The notes below the pieces were generated by a model. The model was not told the DNA's origin. It was given only the letters and a program-made list of their open reading frames with translations, and ran no database searches. A program made the translations under genes and the position numbers. From Tepidisphaera sp. (GTDB lineage Bacteria > Planctomycetota > Phycisphaerae > Phycisphaerales > UBA1924), in contig CP051526.1 in NCBI GenBank assembly GCA_050916045.1, forward strand, positions 1,536,001 to 1,600,000: 64,000 nucleotides of DNA, read 5' to 3'. This document shows positions 1-11,015 of this stretch, piece by piece. Within the stretch, counting starts at the first letter, position 1. Each line of letters starts with the position of its first letter.

Positions 1-1
1 C

Positions 2-172
2 CGCCGTGGGTGATGCCAGGAACTTCGCCGCGCCGTCGTGCGCACGAAGCAACGCTTCGACCTCCTTGCGTAACGCCGCGTCGTCGCCGCAGGCACTCGC
101 GAGGTACTCCTCACGCTGGGCCCGCTCGAGGTCGATCACTTGCTCAAAGATCTCCTGCAGCTTCCCGGCCAT
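2..172 (-). CDS. Ser/Thr protein kinase, N-terminal fragment (runs off the window start)
   Basis: My own translation from ATG 172: MAGKLQEIFEQVIDLERAQREEYLASACGDDAALRKEVEALLRAHD... This is the typical N-terminus of kinases encoded directly after planctomycete ECF sigma factors. AAGGAA lies upstream. The kinase domain itself is outside the window. Confidence 0.75.
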   Translation of the reverse strand, partial: MAGKLQEIFEQVIDLERAQREEYLASACGDDAALRKEVEALLRAHDGAAKFLASPTA

Positions 173-184
173 GTTGTCGTTCCT

Positions 185-787
185 TCATGCCCGCGCGTGC
201 AAGCGTTGAAACAGCCACGCCCGCGCGAACGCCCAGCGCCGATCCACCGTGCTCGTCGAGAGCCCCAGCGTCTGGGCCGTTTGCTCGACGCTGAGTCCCG
301 CGAAGAACCGCAGCCGCACGATGGCCGCGCCATCCGGCGACTCAGTCTCCAAGCGACGAACCAGATCATCGAACCTCACGATTTCTTCTGGCTCCCTCTG
401 TGACAGCGCCGCGACATCCTCAAAGTCGGCGAGGTGCTGCCCGCGTATGACCGCGCCATCAGGCCCTCCGCCTCGCTTGAGCCGCATCCGTCCCTTGGCG
501 TGATCGAGCAGGATCTGCCGCATCGCTTCCGCCGCCGCAGCGTAGAAATGGCCCCGCCCCGACCACGGCACCTCACGCGGCCCGGCAAGTTTCAAATAGG
601 CCTCGTGGACCAGTGCGGTCGCCGAAAGGGTGTGGCCCGCTCGTTCACCCGCCAGGCCAAGCTGGGCAGCCTTCCGCAGTTGCTCGTAGACCAGCGGCAA
701 CAGCCGATCAGCGGCTGACTTGTCCCCGCCGGCGGCAGCAACCATCAGCAGCGTGGCATCTTCGGGTTGGGGAGGCGCGGGGGACAT
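185..787 (-). CDS. ECF-type RNA polymerase sigma factor (kinase-associated planctomycete type)
   Basis: Motifs LLPLVYEQLR, TLSATALVHEAYLKL, AMRQILLDHA and LRFFAGLSVEQTAQTLGLSTSTVDRRWAFARAWL. Start placed at ATG 787. Confidence 0.92.
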   Translation of the reverse strand: MSPAPPQPEDATLLMVAAAGGDKSAADRLLPLVYEQLRKAAQLGLAGERAGHTLSATALVHEAYLKLAGPREVPWSGRGHFYAAAAEAMRQILLDHAKGRMRLKRGGGPDGAVIRGQHLADFEDVAALSQREPEEIVRFDDLVRRLETESPDGAAIVRLRFFAGLSVEQTAQTLGLSTSTVDRRWAFARAWLFQRLHARA

Positions 788-980
788 GGCCCCATGGTAA
801 TCGCCCACCACATGCGGAACGGCAGAGCCGTTGGCCTCCCGAATGCGAACCTCCGAATGCAGGCTCGGTGGCCGGTTCAAGTCCTGCCAGGAGTCGGCTT
901 AAATTGGTCGGGTTCCGACCTCGAGCTCACGATCGTTTGAACCGGCGGCCACGGTCGGCAAGTTCCTCGCTTACAACGAG

Positions 981-1012
981 AAAGCCCCTCGATGTGCTCA
1001 TCGAAGGGCTTT
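981..1012 (-). terminator. Hairpin downstream of tRNA-Pro, probable terminator
   Basis: Imperfect inverted repeat aaagccc-ctcgatg...catcgaa-gggcttt. Confidence 0.55.
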
Positions 1013-1025
1013 ACTCTGAAACAAA

Positions 1026-1099
1026 TCGGGGTGGCGGGATTTGAACCCACGACCTTTTGACCCCCAGTCAAACGCGCTACCAAGCTGCGCTACACCCCG
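1026..1099 (-). tRNA. tRNA-Pro (anticodon GGG), CCA not encoded
   Basis: Reverse complement reads CGGGGTGTAGCGCAGCTTGGTAGCGCG-TTTGA-CTGGGGG-TCAAA-AGGTCGTGGGTTCAAATCCCGCCACCCCGA, which folds as a complete cloverleaf. Confidence 0.96.
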
Positions 1100-1180
1100 G
1101 TCCCGCCAGTTTCGCCGCAAAGCGTCGCTGGCTGCCGTGGGGCAACATTAGGCACCTTCCGCCGGAATATCCTCCCGCCG

Positions 1181-2554
1181 ATGCCCTCCCCCTCCACCCG
1201 CGCCGACCGTCCCGCCCGCCTCCTCATCCAGAACGGACGGGTCCTCGACCCCGCTTCCGGTCTCGACAAGGTCTGTGACGTCGCGATCGCGGACGGCAAG
1301 GTCGCCGAGATCGGCAAGCGGCTCTCCTCCACGCCCGCCGACCACGTCATCAACGCCGACGGCTGCCTCGTCACCCCAGGCCTGATCGACCCGCACGTCC
1401 ACCTCCGTGAGCCCGGCCACGAGCACAAGGAGACCATCGCGACCGGCGCCGCAGCCGCCGTCCGCGGCGGCTTCACCACCGTCTGCTGCATGCCCAACAC
1501 CGCCCCGGCTCTCGACACGCCCGAGCTCGTCCGGTTTGTCCTCGACCGCGCGGCCGCCGCGATGCAAGCCGCCCCCGCGTGCCGAGTCTTCCCCGTCGCC
1601 GCCGGCACCAAATCCCGCCGCGGCGATGAGCCCGCCGAGATCCAGCTCTGCGCCAAAGCCGGCGCCGTCGCGTTCTCCGATGACGGCGACGCCATCGCTT
1701 CCGCAGGCGTCATGAACCGCGTCCTCACCCAGGTCAAGCAGACCGGCATGACGTTCATGCAGCACTGCCAGGACCCGACGCTCACCAAGGGTGCCGCCAT
1801 GCACGCCGGTGCCCTCGCCGTGCGCCTTGGTCTGGGCGGCTGGCCCCGCGTCGCCGAAGAGATCATCGTCGAACGCGACGCCCGTCTCGCCCGAAACATC
1901 GGGTGCCGCTACCACGTCCAGCACATCTCTTCCGCCGGCACCTGCGAGATCATGGCCCGCGTCCGCGACTCCAAGGAAGCCCGCGCCCTCATCACCGGTG
2001 AAGCTTCCCCGCACCACCTGCTCCTCACCTGCGACGAGATCGAAAAGCCGAGCACCTCCGGCCGCGGCAGCTACAACACCCTCGCCAAGGTCAATCCGCC
2101 CCTCCGCGAGAAAAAGGATGTGGAAGCCCTCCGCCAGGCCGTCGCCGACGGCGTCGTCACCGTCCTCGCCACCGACCACGCGCCGCACGCCGCCGATGAG
2201 AAAGCCCTCCCCTTCGAGGAAGCCCCGATGGGCATGGTCGGCCTCGAAACCGCCCTCCCGCTCTACATCGAAGCCCTCATCGCGACCAAAGCCGTCTCTT
2301 GGAAGCGCCTCATCGCGATGATGACCATCGAGCCGGCTCGCCTCTGCAACCTTGATGCGTGCGGCCTCGGCATGCTCAAGGTCGGCGGCCCCGCGGACGT
2401 CACCGTCATCGATCCCGAATCGTCCTGGACCATCCGCGCCGCCGACCTCACCAGCCGCTCGAAGAACACTCCCTTCGACGGCCGCAAGGTCAAGGGCCGC
2501 ATCGCCGCGACGATCGTCGGCGGCCGCGTCATGTTCGAGAATCAGGATCGGTAG
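1181..2554 (+). CDS. pyrC: Dihydroorotase (type I)
   Basis: PGLIDPHVHLREPG, GGFTTVCCMPNT, KVNPPLR, ATDHAPH, SKNTPF. Confidence 0.93.
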   Translation: MPSPSTRADRPARLLIQNGRVLDPASGLDKVCDVAIADGKVAEIGKRLSSTPADHVINADGCLVTPGLIDPHVHLREPGHEHKETIATGAAAAVRGGFTTVCCMPNTAPALDTPELVRFVLDRAAAAMQAAPACRVFPVAAGTKSRRGDEPAEIQLCAKAGAVAFSDDGDAIASAGVMNRVLTQVKQTGMTFMQHCQDPTLTKGAAMHAGALAVRLGLGGWPRVAEEIIVERDARLARNIGCRYHVQHISSAGTCEIMARVRDSKEARALITGEASPHHLLLTCDEIEKPSTSGRGSYNTLAKVNPPLREKKDVEALRQAVADGVVTVLATDHAPHAADEKALPFEEAPMGMVGLETALPLYIEALIATKAVSWKRLIAMMTIEPARLCNLDACGLGMLKVGGPADVTVIDPESSWTIRAADLTSRSKNTPFDGRKVKGRIAATIVGGRVMFENQDR

Positions 2555-2583
2555 TCGCCGCAAAGCCCGCACCGGCCGAGCCG

Positions 2584-3312
2584 TTACCTCAGCTCGACCG
2601 ACCAGTACGCGGCATCCAGGAACTGCTTCCAGCTCTCGTACTTCTCATGCCCCAGCCGCAGAGCGATCACCGGGTTGCGCTTGGGACGCTCTGCTTTGCG
2701 GATCAGCTTCATCCCAGCCTGATCGGGCGTCCGGCCCCCCTTGCGGGCGTTGCAGCGGATGCACGCGCAGACCAAGTTCTCCCACGAGTCGCCGCCGCCC
2801 AAAGTCCGCGGCAGCACGTGGTCGATCGACAGGTCGCACGTTGAGAAGTGCTTGCCGCAGTACTGGCACTGGTTGCGGTCGCGAGCGAACAGGTTGCGTC
2901 GATTGAGCTTGACGACCTGTTCGGGCAGCCGGTCGTACCCAACCAGCCGGATGATCTTGGGCACTGCGATCTCAAACCGCACGGTCCGCACCCAGTCGTG
3001 ATGGGCTGAGGCCTGAAAGTGATCGCGAGCCTGAGAGACCTCGGCCCACGAGTCAAAGTCGTACGTCAGATACCGCGGGCCGTCGCTCGCATTCTCGACG
3101 TGGATGACCTCCGCGATCTCGCGGCAAAGCATCGAGAACGCTCGCCGCGCCGAGACCACGCGGACCGCCATGTAAAGCTTGTTGAGGACCAGAACTTTCG
3201 AGTTCAGCGATTCGCACCCCGCAAGCAGCGGGGAGGAAAGATCATCCTCGGCGAACTCCTCTTCGAAGTCTGCCGGTTTGCTCGGCGAACTTTGCCGCGG
3301 GCGACGATCCAT
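2584..3312 (-). CDS. HNH endonuclease (McrA-like)
   Basis: VLVLN, RRNLFARDRNQCQYCG, SIDHVLPR..GG..SWENLVCACIRCNARKG. Start is uncertain. Confidence 0.9.
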   Translation of the reverse strand: MDRRPRQSSPSKPADFEEEFAEDDLSSPLLAGCESLNSKVLVLNKLYMAVRVVSARRAFSMLCREIAEVIHVENASDGPRYLTYDFDSWAEVSQARDHFQASAHHDWVRTVRFEIAVPKIIRLVGYDRLPEQVVKLNRRNLFARDRNQCQYCGKHFSTCDLSIDHVLPRTLGGGDSWENLVCACIRCNARKGGRTPDQAGMKLIRKAERPKRNPVIALRLGHEKYESWKQFLDAAYWSVELR

Positions 3313-3426
3313 ACTCGGCCTAAGCGTCCTTTCGGGCGTACGGCCGGACACCAACAGTATCCCGACCATCGGGCCGATTCCGCTCGGACTTCAAGCCCGC
3401 TCCCCCGGCCCCTAACCTCCCCCCGC

Positions 3427-4164
3427 ATGCTCATCCTCTTCGACATCGACGCCACCCTCCTCACCTCGAGCAAAGCCGGCATCCTCGCTCTCGAACGAGG
3501 CGGCAAGGACGCTTTCGGCGATCGGTTCACGATCGACGGCGTCGACTTCGCAGGACGCCTCGACCCCCTGATCATCGCCGACCTCCTCCGCCAGAACCGC
3601 CTCGATCACACCCCCGAGAACGCCGAGCGGCTCAAGGCCGGGTACATCCGCAACTTGCCGGAGTACCTCGCCCGGCCCGGCTCGACCACCACCTGCCCGG
3701 GGGTCCACCCGCTCTTGGACGAGCTCCGCCGTCATGGGCAAATCACCCTGGGCCTCCTGACCGGGAACTTCGCCGAGACCGGGGCCCTCAAGCTGCGATC
3801 CGTCGGGATCGACCCGTCCTGGTTCCCCGTCCACGTCTGGGGGGACCAGTCCCCGCACAACCCGCCCGCCCGCGACCACCTGCCGCCCCTGGGCCTCGCC
3901 CGGTTCGAGGAACTGCACGGCCGCCCGGCCGAGCCTGGCCGCACCGTCATCATCGGCGACACGCCCCACGACATCCGCTGCGCCAAGGTCAACGGCTGCA
4001 AGAGCCTCGGCGTAGCCACCGGCCAGTTCTCCCTGGACCAACTCCGTGCGCACGACCCCTCTCACGTCCTCGCCGACCTCTCCGAAACCCGAGCCGTGCT
4101 GGGGTGGCTGCTCGAAGCGGTGGGGGCCTCGCGCGGGTTCTCGGCCGAGCCAACTCCCCGATAA
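3427..4164 (+). CDS. HAD-superfamily hydrolase/phosphatase
   Basis: LILFDIDATL, LLTGN, IIGDTPHDIRCA. Confidence 0.9.
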   Translation: MLILFDIDATLLTSSKAGILALERGGKDAFGDRFTIDGVDFAGRLDPLIIADLLRQNRLDHTPENAERLKAGYIRNLPEYLARPGSTTTCPGVHPLLDELRRHGQITLGLLTGNFAETGALKLRSVGIDPSWFPVHVWGDQSPHNPPARDHLPPLGLARFEELHGRPAEPGRTVIIGDTPHDIRCAKVNGCKSLGVATGQFSLDQLRAHDPSHVLADLSETRAVLGWLLEAVGASRGFSAEPTPR

Positions 4165-4229
4165 CCGACAGGTTTTGGATGCGGTGAAGTCCCCCTTCAG
4201 AATCCGCGCGGTCCCGCTATCATTCGGCA

Positions 4230-4970
4230 ATGTCTGACAGCGTGCGAGCACTCGCGACCGATCTGTATCTCAACCTGAAACTTCAGGTCAAGATGGAACT
4301 CCCTCGCTCGCGCGAGATCGTGCTCGACCTCTTCGAGCGCGTCCGCAAGCAGTACCCGACCATCAGCAGTTTCCGGAAGTTCAAGGATGAGCTTGCGCTC
4401 GAGTCGCCGCCGGATGCGGACCGCAACCGCTGGCTCGCGCTCAAGCCCAACTGCGTGCGCACGGGGTGCGTCAATCCGACGGACCTCTCCGAGGCGTACG
4501 AGTTCCACAAGAACATGCTGGCGATCACGCCGTTCTATCTGGGCATCAGCCCGATCGACGTCGAGTACGTGGAGCTCCTCTTCGGGTTTGATCTGGTGAC
4601 CGGGGGCAACCACGACCAGATCGTGCTTGAGGGGCTTCTCGGCGGGTCCCCGCTGGGCGGGCTGATGGAGATGAAGGAGGGCGAGGTTGTCGATTGCCAG
4701 CCCGTGGTGGGTTTCAGCATCAAGGGCAAGGACGAAGTGCAAGCTCACTTTGAGGTCAAGACGCACCCGACCGCGACCCGCAAGGAAGGGCAGCCCGAGC
4801 CCATCAGCATCTACCTCACGATGCGGCGGTTCGGGCACCTGACAGACATCAAGGAACTCCCGAGCATCTTCGACACCCTCGCCGCGCGCGGCGAGCGACT
4901 CATGGATGAGATGGTCATCCCCAGGATGCTGATTCCGATCCGGCAAGCCGCAGGCATGGGGCACGGCTGA
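4230..4970 (+). CDS. Hypothetical protein
   Basis: Clean 246-aa ORF with typical codon usage; no family recognised. Confidence 0.75.
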   Translation: MSDSVRALATDLYLNLKLQVKMELPRSREIVLDLFERVRKQYPTISSFRKFKDELALESPPDADRNRWLALKPNCVRTGCVNPTDLSEAYEFHKNMLAITPFYLGISPIDVEYVELLFGFDLVTGGNHDQIVLEGLLGGSPLGGLMEMKEGEVVDCQPVVGFSIKGKDEVQAHFEVKTHPTATRKEGQPEPISIYLTMRRFGHLTDIKELPSIFDTLAARGERLMDEMVIPRMLIPIRQAAGMGHG

Positions 4971-5423
4971 ATGGCCGCGTCCATCGTCCAGCCCGATCCT
5001 CAGCCCGCAAGCGGCTCCTCCGCCGAAGCTCAACCCGTCGACGAGTCGACCGACCAGCCCGCGTCCGACGTGGAATCGTCACCGAGCAGTCGCGGAGTCC
5101 CCGCGCAGGTCGTTCCTCGGACCACCAACGATCGCGGGGTGCCGAGCAGCTCCGCGGTCGGGGAAGCTTGGCTTTGGGTCGGCGTGCTCATCGTCGTCAC
5201 GGTGCTGGGCGGGCTGGGCCTGATGTGGTACCGCCGCCGGGTGCTTGCTTCGGCGAACACCGAGGGCGTCGAGGGGTTCATGGAATCGATGCGGCGGATG
5301 CGGGCGAGCGGCGAGATGAGCGAGGAGGAGTTCCAGGCCGTGCGCCGAAACCTCGTCGCCGGCATGTCGCGATCGATGAAGGACGGGCCAGCCGCAAAGG
5401 GGCGAGAACGCGGTTCGCGGTAG
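4971..5423 (+). CDS. Single-pass membrane protein with a SHOCT-like C-terminus
   Basis: TM segment WLWVGVLIVVTVLGGLGLMWY followed by MRRMRASGEMSEEEFQ. Confidence 0.7.
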   Translation: MAASIVQPDPQPASGSSAEAQPVDESTDQPASDVESSPSSRGVPAQVVPRTTNDRGVPSSSAVGEAWLWVGVLIVVTVLGGLGLMWYRRRVLASANTEGVEGFMESMRRMRASGEMSEEEFQAVRRNLVAGMSRSMKDGPAAKGRERGSR

Positions 5424-5633
5424 GGCGTGCGGTCGGGCGTTCGGGGCGTGTTTCCGGACCTTCGTCGCCGCCGCTTTGGACGAGATACGCTCCGCCTGTG
5501 AGGATGGGCGGTTTATGGGCGGTCTTTGCGCGATCCGGGATGCCGATTGCAGACTCCGCCGCAGACCGCCGATAGAGAGATCACTACACGCTCAGGCGGG
5601 AGCGCGCGTCGCTCCACCAGGAACCACCACCCC

Positions 5634-6950
<1,317 letters not shown>

Positions 6951-6977
6951 AGCCCTGTTCGCCACGCGAACCAACGA

Positions 6978-7015
6978 CGAGGGCGACCGGATCTCCGGTC
7001 GCCCTCGGTGTTTTT
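6978..7015. terminator. Intrinsic terminator between convergent genes
   Basis: Perfect stem cgagggcgaccgga/tccggtcgccctcg followed by a T-tract. Confidence 0.8.
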
Positions 7016-7033
7016 CAGGTTCCCGCGTGAAGG

Positions 7034-8698
7034 TCAGCAGCCCGCTTCGAACGCTTCCACGTACCCGTCATAATCGAAGAAGTCCGTGAAGGCGTCGCCG
7101 TTGAAGTCCGCGGTGCGGCCCGGCGGGCAGACGCCGGTCTCAAAGCAGAGCACGTACGCGTCGTAGTCGAAGAAATCGAGGAACCCGTCCTCGTTGAAGT
7201 CCGGCCCGCATGACGGCGGCGTCCCGTCGTTGCGCATGATGATGATCACGTCGGCGATCTCGTCGGAAAAGACCAGGTCCATGTCGCCGTCGTTGTCCAT
7301 GTCCACCGGCGCGGTGCACGAGGGGTTGGAGGGCGCGACGAACTCGCGAGCCAGCGAGAAGATGCCCGAGCCGTTGTTGCGGTAGAGGTACCAGCGGCCG
7401 GCGCCAAAGGATGAGAGCACCCAGTCCAGATCGCCATCGCCGTCGATGTCGGCGAAGTCGGTCGCGACAGTGTGCCCGCCCGTCGAGAGGATCTGCGGGG
7501 CTTGGAGCGTGCCGTTGCCGTTCCCGCGGAGGATCGCGCCGTTGGAGGTGAAAGCGTTGGCGACCGCGACGTCCATGATCCGGTCGTTGTTGACGTCGCC
7601 GCAGGCGACGACCCAGCACTGGCCGCCCACGTTCCGGGTCGAGCCTGGGACGAGGGTGAAGGTCCCGTTGCCGTTGCCGCGGAGGACGGAGATCTGCTGG
7701 TTGCTGGTGCCGGCGACAACGAGGTCGAAGAGGCCGTCGCCGTCCATATCGGCCGAGGACATGCCGTACTCGCCGTTCACGCCGCCGTCGAAAGTCACGG
7801 GTGTCGCGAAAGTCCCGTTGCCGTTGTTGCGGATGAACTCGATGCGGCTTGCGCCGGCGCAGGCGACGGTGATGTCGAAATCCCCGTCGCCGTCGGCATC
7901 AAACAGGCCCAGGCCGCGCGGGTACGAGCCCACGTCGATCTCGGTCACCGACCGGAACGTGCCGTCGCCCCGGCCGAAAGCGATGGCGACCTGCGAGTCG
8001 TTGGCGCTGGAGGTGATGACGTCGATGAAGCCGTCGCCGTCGAAGTCTGCGATGTCGTTGGGGCTCGATTCGAAGGGAAGCGGCGTGTACGGCGTCATCA
8101 TCGGCTGGACGAGCCCGCTTCCGTCGGCGCGGTTCAGAAAGACGCGGAGGTCGGCCGAGACTTCATTGACCGTGCAGAGGTCGGCCCAGCCGTCGCGGTT
8201 GAGGTCGCAGGCGTTGGTCCCGTAGATGCGGGTCTGCGCGCCGGTCAGATCGCGGTTGGAAAGCGAAGCGATCTGCGTGAATTGCCCCGAGGAGACCGCC
8301 GCTCGCACGGTGTACTGCTGCGTGTACCCGGTGGAACGGATCGCGACGCCGTCGGTCCCGCGGATGTTGCGGGAGAGCGTCGAAAGCACCACCTCGCCTG
8401 CGAAGGGCGCCCGGGTGGGGGTCAGCGTCACCGTGCGGTCGCCGTTGGAGAAGGAGTAGGTGCCGCCCAGAGGGCCCGTCATCCGGCCGAAAAGGTGGAA
8501 ACTGGCGGAGGTGATGGTCGAGCGGTCGACCGGCCGGTCGAACGTGACCGTGAAGGAGGTTGACCTCGGAAGGTTGTTCTCGTTTCGGAGGGGCGCGGTG
8601 CTTGAGATCGTCATCTGGCCGAGAGAACAGGTGGCGATGGCGAGGGCGCACGAGAAAGCGGTGGCTTGCAAGGCCGTGACGGAACGGAGTTTGACCAT
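7034..8698 (-). CDS. Secreted FG-GAP/VCBS repeat protein with an Ig-like domain and a C-terminal dockerin-like (GC-ending) anchor
   Basis: Signal-peptide-like N-terminus; Ig-like TVTFDRPVD..TLTP; repeated DxDGDGxxD motifs; tail CGPDFNEDGFLDFFDYDAY...ADFNGDAFTDFFDYDGYVEAFEAGC. Confidence 0.88.
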   Translation of the reverse strand: MVKLRSVTALQATAFSCALAIATCSLGQMTISSTAPLRNENNLPRSTSFTVTFDRPVDRSTITSASFHLFGRMTGPLGGTYSFSNGDRTVTLTPTRAPFAGEVVLSTLSRNIRGTDGVAIRSTGYTQQYTVRAAVSSGQFTQIASLSNRDLTGAQTRIYGTNACDLNRDGWADLCTVNEVSADLRVFLNRADGSGLVQPMMTPYTPLPFESSPNDIADFDGDGFIDVITSSANDSQVAIAFGRGDGTFRSVTEIDVGSYPRGLGLFDADGDGDFDITVACAGASRIEFIRNNGNGTFATPVTFDGGVNGEYGMSSADMDGDGLFDLVVAGTSNQQISVLRGNGNGTFTLVPGSTRNVGGQCWVVACGDVNNDRIMDVAVANAFTSNGAILRGNGNGTLQAPQILSTGGHTVATDFADIDGDGDLDWVLSSFGAGRWYLYRNNGSGIFSLAREFVAPSNPSCTAPVDMDNDGDMDLVFSDEIADVIIIMRNDGTPPSCGPDFNEDGFLDFFDYDAYVLCFETGVCPPGRTADFNGDAFTDFFDYDGYVEAFEAGC

Positions 8699-8792
8699 GG
8701 CACAATCCTCGGTGGACGCGAGCAGAGCGTACCAGATCGTGCGGGCTGGCCGAGCATCAAATGTGCGAAAAAGCTGTGAAGCCGCGCGGAAG

Positions 8793-9368
8793 TCAGCCCT
8801 GCCGCTCGAGTTGCTTGATCTTGAGCCTGTTCTTGAGGCGGGAGATCTGCGTGAACTTGTCGATGATGAGGACACCGTCGAGGTGGTCGAACTCGTGCTG
8901 CCAGCAGCGGGCGAGCAATCCTTGCGCGGATTCGGTGCGATGGACCCCCTCAATGTCCGTATAGGTGATGGTGATCGCCGGGGGGCGTTGCACCTGGCCG
9001 CGGATGTCGGGGAGGCTGAGGCAGCCTTCCTCGCCGGCTTCGACGGGGAGGGGGGGGGAGATCGCGGTGAGTTTGGGGTTGATGTAGACGACGGGGCCGT
9101 CGGTGAAGGAGGGGAGGGCGTCGGGGGCCGGGGCGGGTTCGTCGTCGTCCCGGCTTTCGCGTTCGGGGACATCGGCGATGAACATGCGCCAGGAGAGGCC
9201 GATCTGGGGGGCGGCCAGGCCGATGCCGCGTTCTTCGCGCATGACGGCGAGCATGCGCTTGGCGACCTGACGGACCTCGTCGTTGATCTCGGGGACGGGT
9301 TTGGCGACGGCCCGCAGAACCGGATCCGGGTAGGTGCGAATGGAGAGTTTGGCGGGGTCGACGGGCAT
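8793..9368 (-). CDS. def: Peptide deformylase
   Basis: GIGLAAPQIG, EGCLS, QHEFDHLDG. Confidence 0.96.
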   Translation of the reverse strand: MPVDPAKLSIRTYPDPVLRAVAKPVPEINDEVRQVAKRMLAVMREERGIGLAAPQIGLSWRMFIADVPERESRDDDEPAPAPDALPSFTDGPVVYINPKLTAISPPLPVEAGEEGCLSLPDIRGQVQRPPAITITYTDIEGVHRTESAQGLLARCWQHEFDHLDGVLIIDKFTQISRLKNRLKIKQLERQG

Positions 9369-9506
9369 TGAGGGAGGATAGAACGCCGCGCGGGGTGGGG
9401 TAGGGAGGATTGGGCGGGGGATTGGCGGGGGCGGCGGAACCTCCGGAGGGGGTGGGGGACGGGTACGATGAGGGTCCCGGCGGGGGCTTGGGCCTTGCCG
9501 GGGTCA

Positions 9507-11009
9507 ATGAGCGTTCTCAGGAAGGAATCTGGCTTGGCGATCTTTGGCAAAGCGTTCGGCGGCTCCTCGAATGACGGTCCGACCCCGGCGGATTACTCCC
9601 CGGAGAAGGCTCAGAAGTTTTTCGACCACGCCAAGACGGCGATGGACACCGACAACTTCGAGTATGCGATCCAGCACTACTGCAACGGCTTGAAGCAGGA
9701 CCCTCGGCAGAAGACGGGGCTTGACGGGCTCTGGACCGCCGTGCTGAAGTTCAAGGACACGCCGCTTGGCAAGAAGGGCCCGAGCAAGGACACGTGGAAA
9801 GCCATTGATGGATCTGGCGACGTGGCGAAGTTCGTCACGTCGGTGCTTCAGTGGGCGGTCAGCCCCGGTGACGTCGGCGCGGCGCTCAAGGCGGCCGAGC
9901 TTGGCGGAAAGGTCAAGGCCGACGCGGTCGGCGAGACGATCGCGGATCAGGCGATGAAGCTCGCGGCGGCGGACAAGAAGCCGCGGAAGGACGTGTTCCT
10001 GAAGATTTCCGAGTCGTACCGGATGCTCGAGCGGCACGACAAGAGCCTGATGGCGGCGGAGCGTGCGCTGGCGCTGGACCCGACGGACGGTGACCTGTCC
10101 GCGAAGATCCGCACGCTCGCGGCCGCCGCGACGATGCAGAAGGGCGGGTACGAGCAGGCCGGCAGCGAGGGCGGGTTCCGGAACATGATCCGCGACGCCG
10201 CGAACCAGAAGCGGCTGACGGAACAGGACGCGATCGTCAAGACGGACGAGGCTCTGGATCGCATCATCGCGCAGGTGGAAGCGGATTACAACTCGCGGCC
10301 GACGGACCAGTTTGCGGTGCAGAAGTTCGTGGAGCGTCTCGTCGAACGCGGCCACAAAGCCGACCTCGCCCGGGCGATCCAGGTGCTCCGCAAGGGGTAC
10401 GAGGACACCCAGCAGATCCGGTTCAAGATCCGAGTCGGCGAGCTTGAGCTTCGCGACGCCAAGCAGAAACTCGACGAGATCGAGGAGGGCCTGAAGAAGT
10501 ACCCCGACGATGCGGACGCCCGGATGTTCTTTGAGAGCATGAAAGCGCAGTACGTCGAGCGGTCGATCGAGGAGCTCAAGATCCGCATCGCGGCCTATCC
10601 GACGGACAACCAGCACAAGTACGACCTGGCGAAGCTCTACTTCTACAACGATCGCTCGCAGGACGCGATCGGGTTGCTTCAGGAGATCCAGACCGATCCG
10701 AAGATCCGGACGACGGTGCTCAACATGCTCGGGCTGTCGTTCCTGAAGATCGGGTTCCTGCCCGAGTCGGTGGCGACGTTCCGGCAGGCGTGCGATGTGC
10801 GCGATGTGGGCGGCGAGTTCGGGATGGAGCTTCGGTACAACCTGATGCTTGCGCTGCGGAAGGTGGCGGAAGAGGACGGGGACCTGCCGGCCGCGGAGGA
10901 AGCCAACAAGATCGCTTCCACGATCGCGATGCAGAACGTCAAGTTCAAGGACATCATCACGCAGCGGTCGGAGATCAACAAGATCGTCCAGTCGCTCAAG
11001 AGCAAGTGA
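9507..11009 (+). CDS. TPR-repeat protein
   Basis: Helical repeats (AERALALDPTD, AAYPTDNQHKYDLAKLY, ELRYNL). Start is ATG 9507 or TTG 9534. Confidence 0.78.
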   Translation: MSVLRKESGLAIFGKAFGGSSNDGPTPADYSPEKAQKFFDHAKTAMDTDNFEYAIQHYCNGLKQDPRQKTGLDGLWTAVLKFKDTPLGKKGPSKDTWKAIDGSGDVAKFVTSVLQWAVSPGDVGAALKAAELGGKVKADAVGETIADQAMKLAAADKKPRKDVFLKISESYRMLERHDKSLMAAERALALDPTDGDLSAKIRTLAAAATMQKGGYEQAGSEGGFRNMIRDAANQKRLTEQDAIVKTDEALDRIIAQVEADYNSRPTDQFAVQKFVERLVERGHKADLARAIQVLRKGYEDTQQIRFKIRVGELELRDAKQKLDEIEEGLKKYPDDADARMFFESMKAQYVERSIEELKIRIAAYPTDNQHKYDLAKLYFYNDRSQDAIGLLQEIQTDPKIRTTVLNMLGLSFLKIGFLPESVATFRQACDVRDVGGEFGMELRYNLMLALRKVAEEDGDLPAAEEANKIASTIAMQNVKFKDIITQRSEINKIVQSLKSK

Positions 11010-11015
11010 CCGACC

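Noticed and set aside
1..1099. Island integrated at tRNA-Pro
   Set aside because: No integrase or duplicated tRNA end is visible, and the ECF-kinase pair is ordinary for this lineage. The far end would lie outside the window, so this is not fully excluded.
2584..3312. HNH nuclease as a terminase cofactor or defence system
   Set aside because: It lies 40 kb away among housekeeping genes and matches the common stand-alone McrA-like type.
8699..9550. N-terminal extension of the 838-aa ORF 7034..9550
   Set aside because: It overlaps def in another frame and reads as Pro/Ser/Arg noise; the signal peptide starts at ATG 8698.
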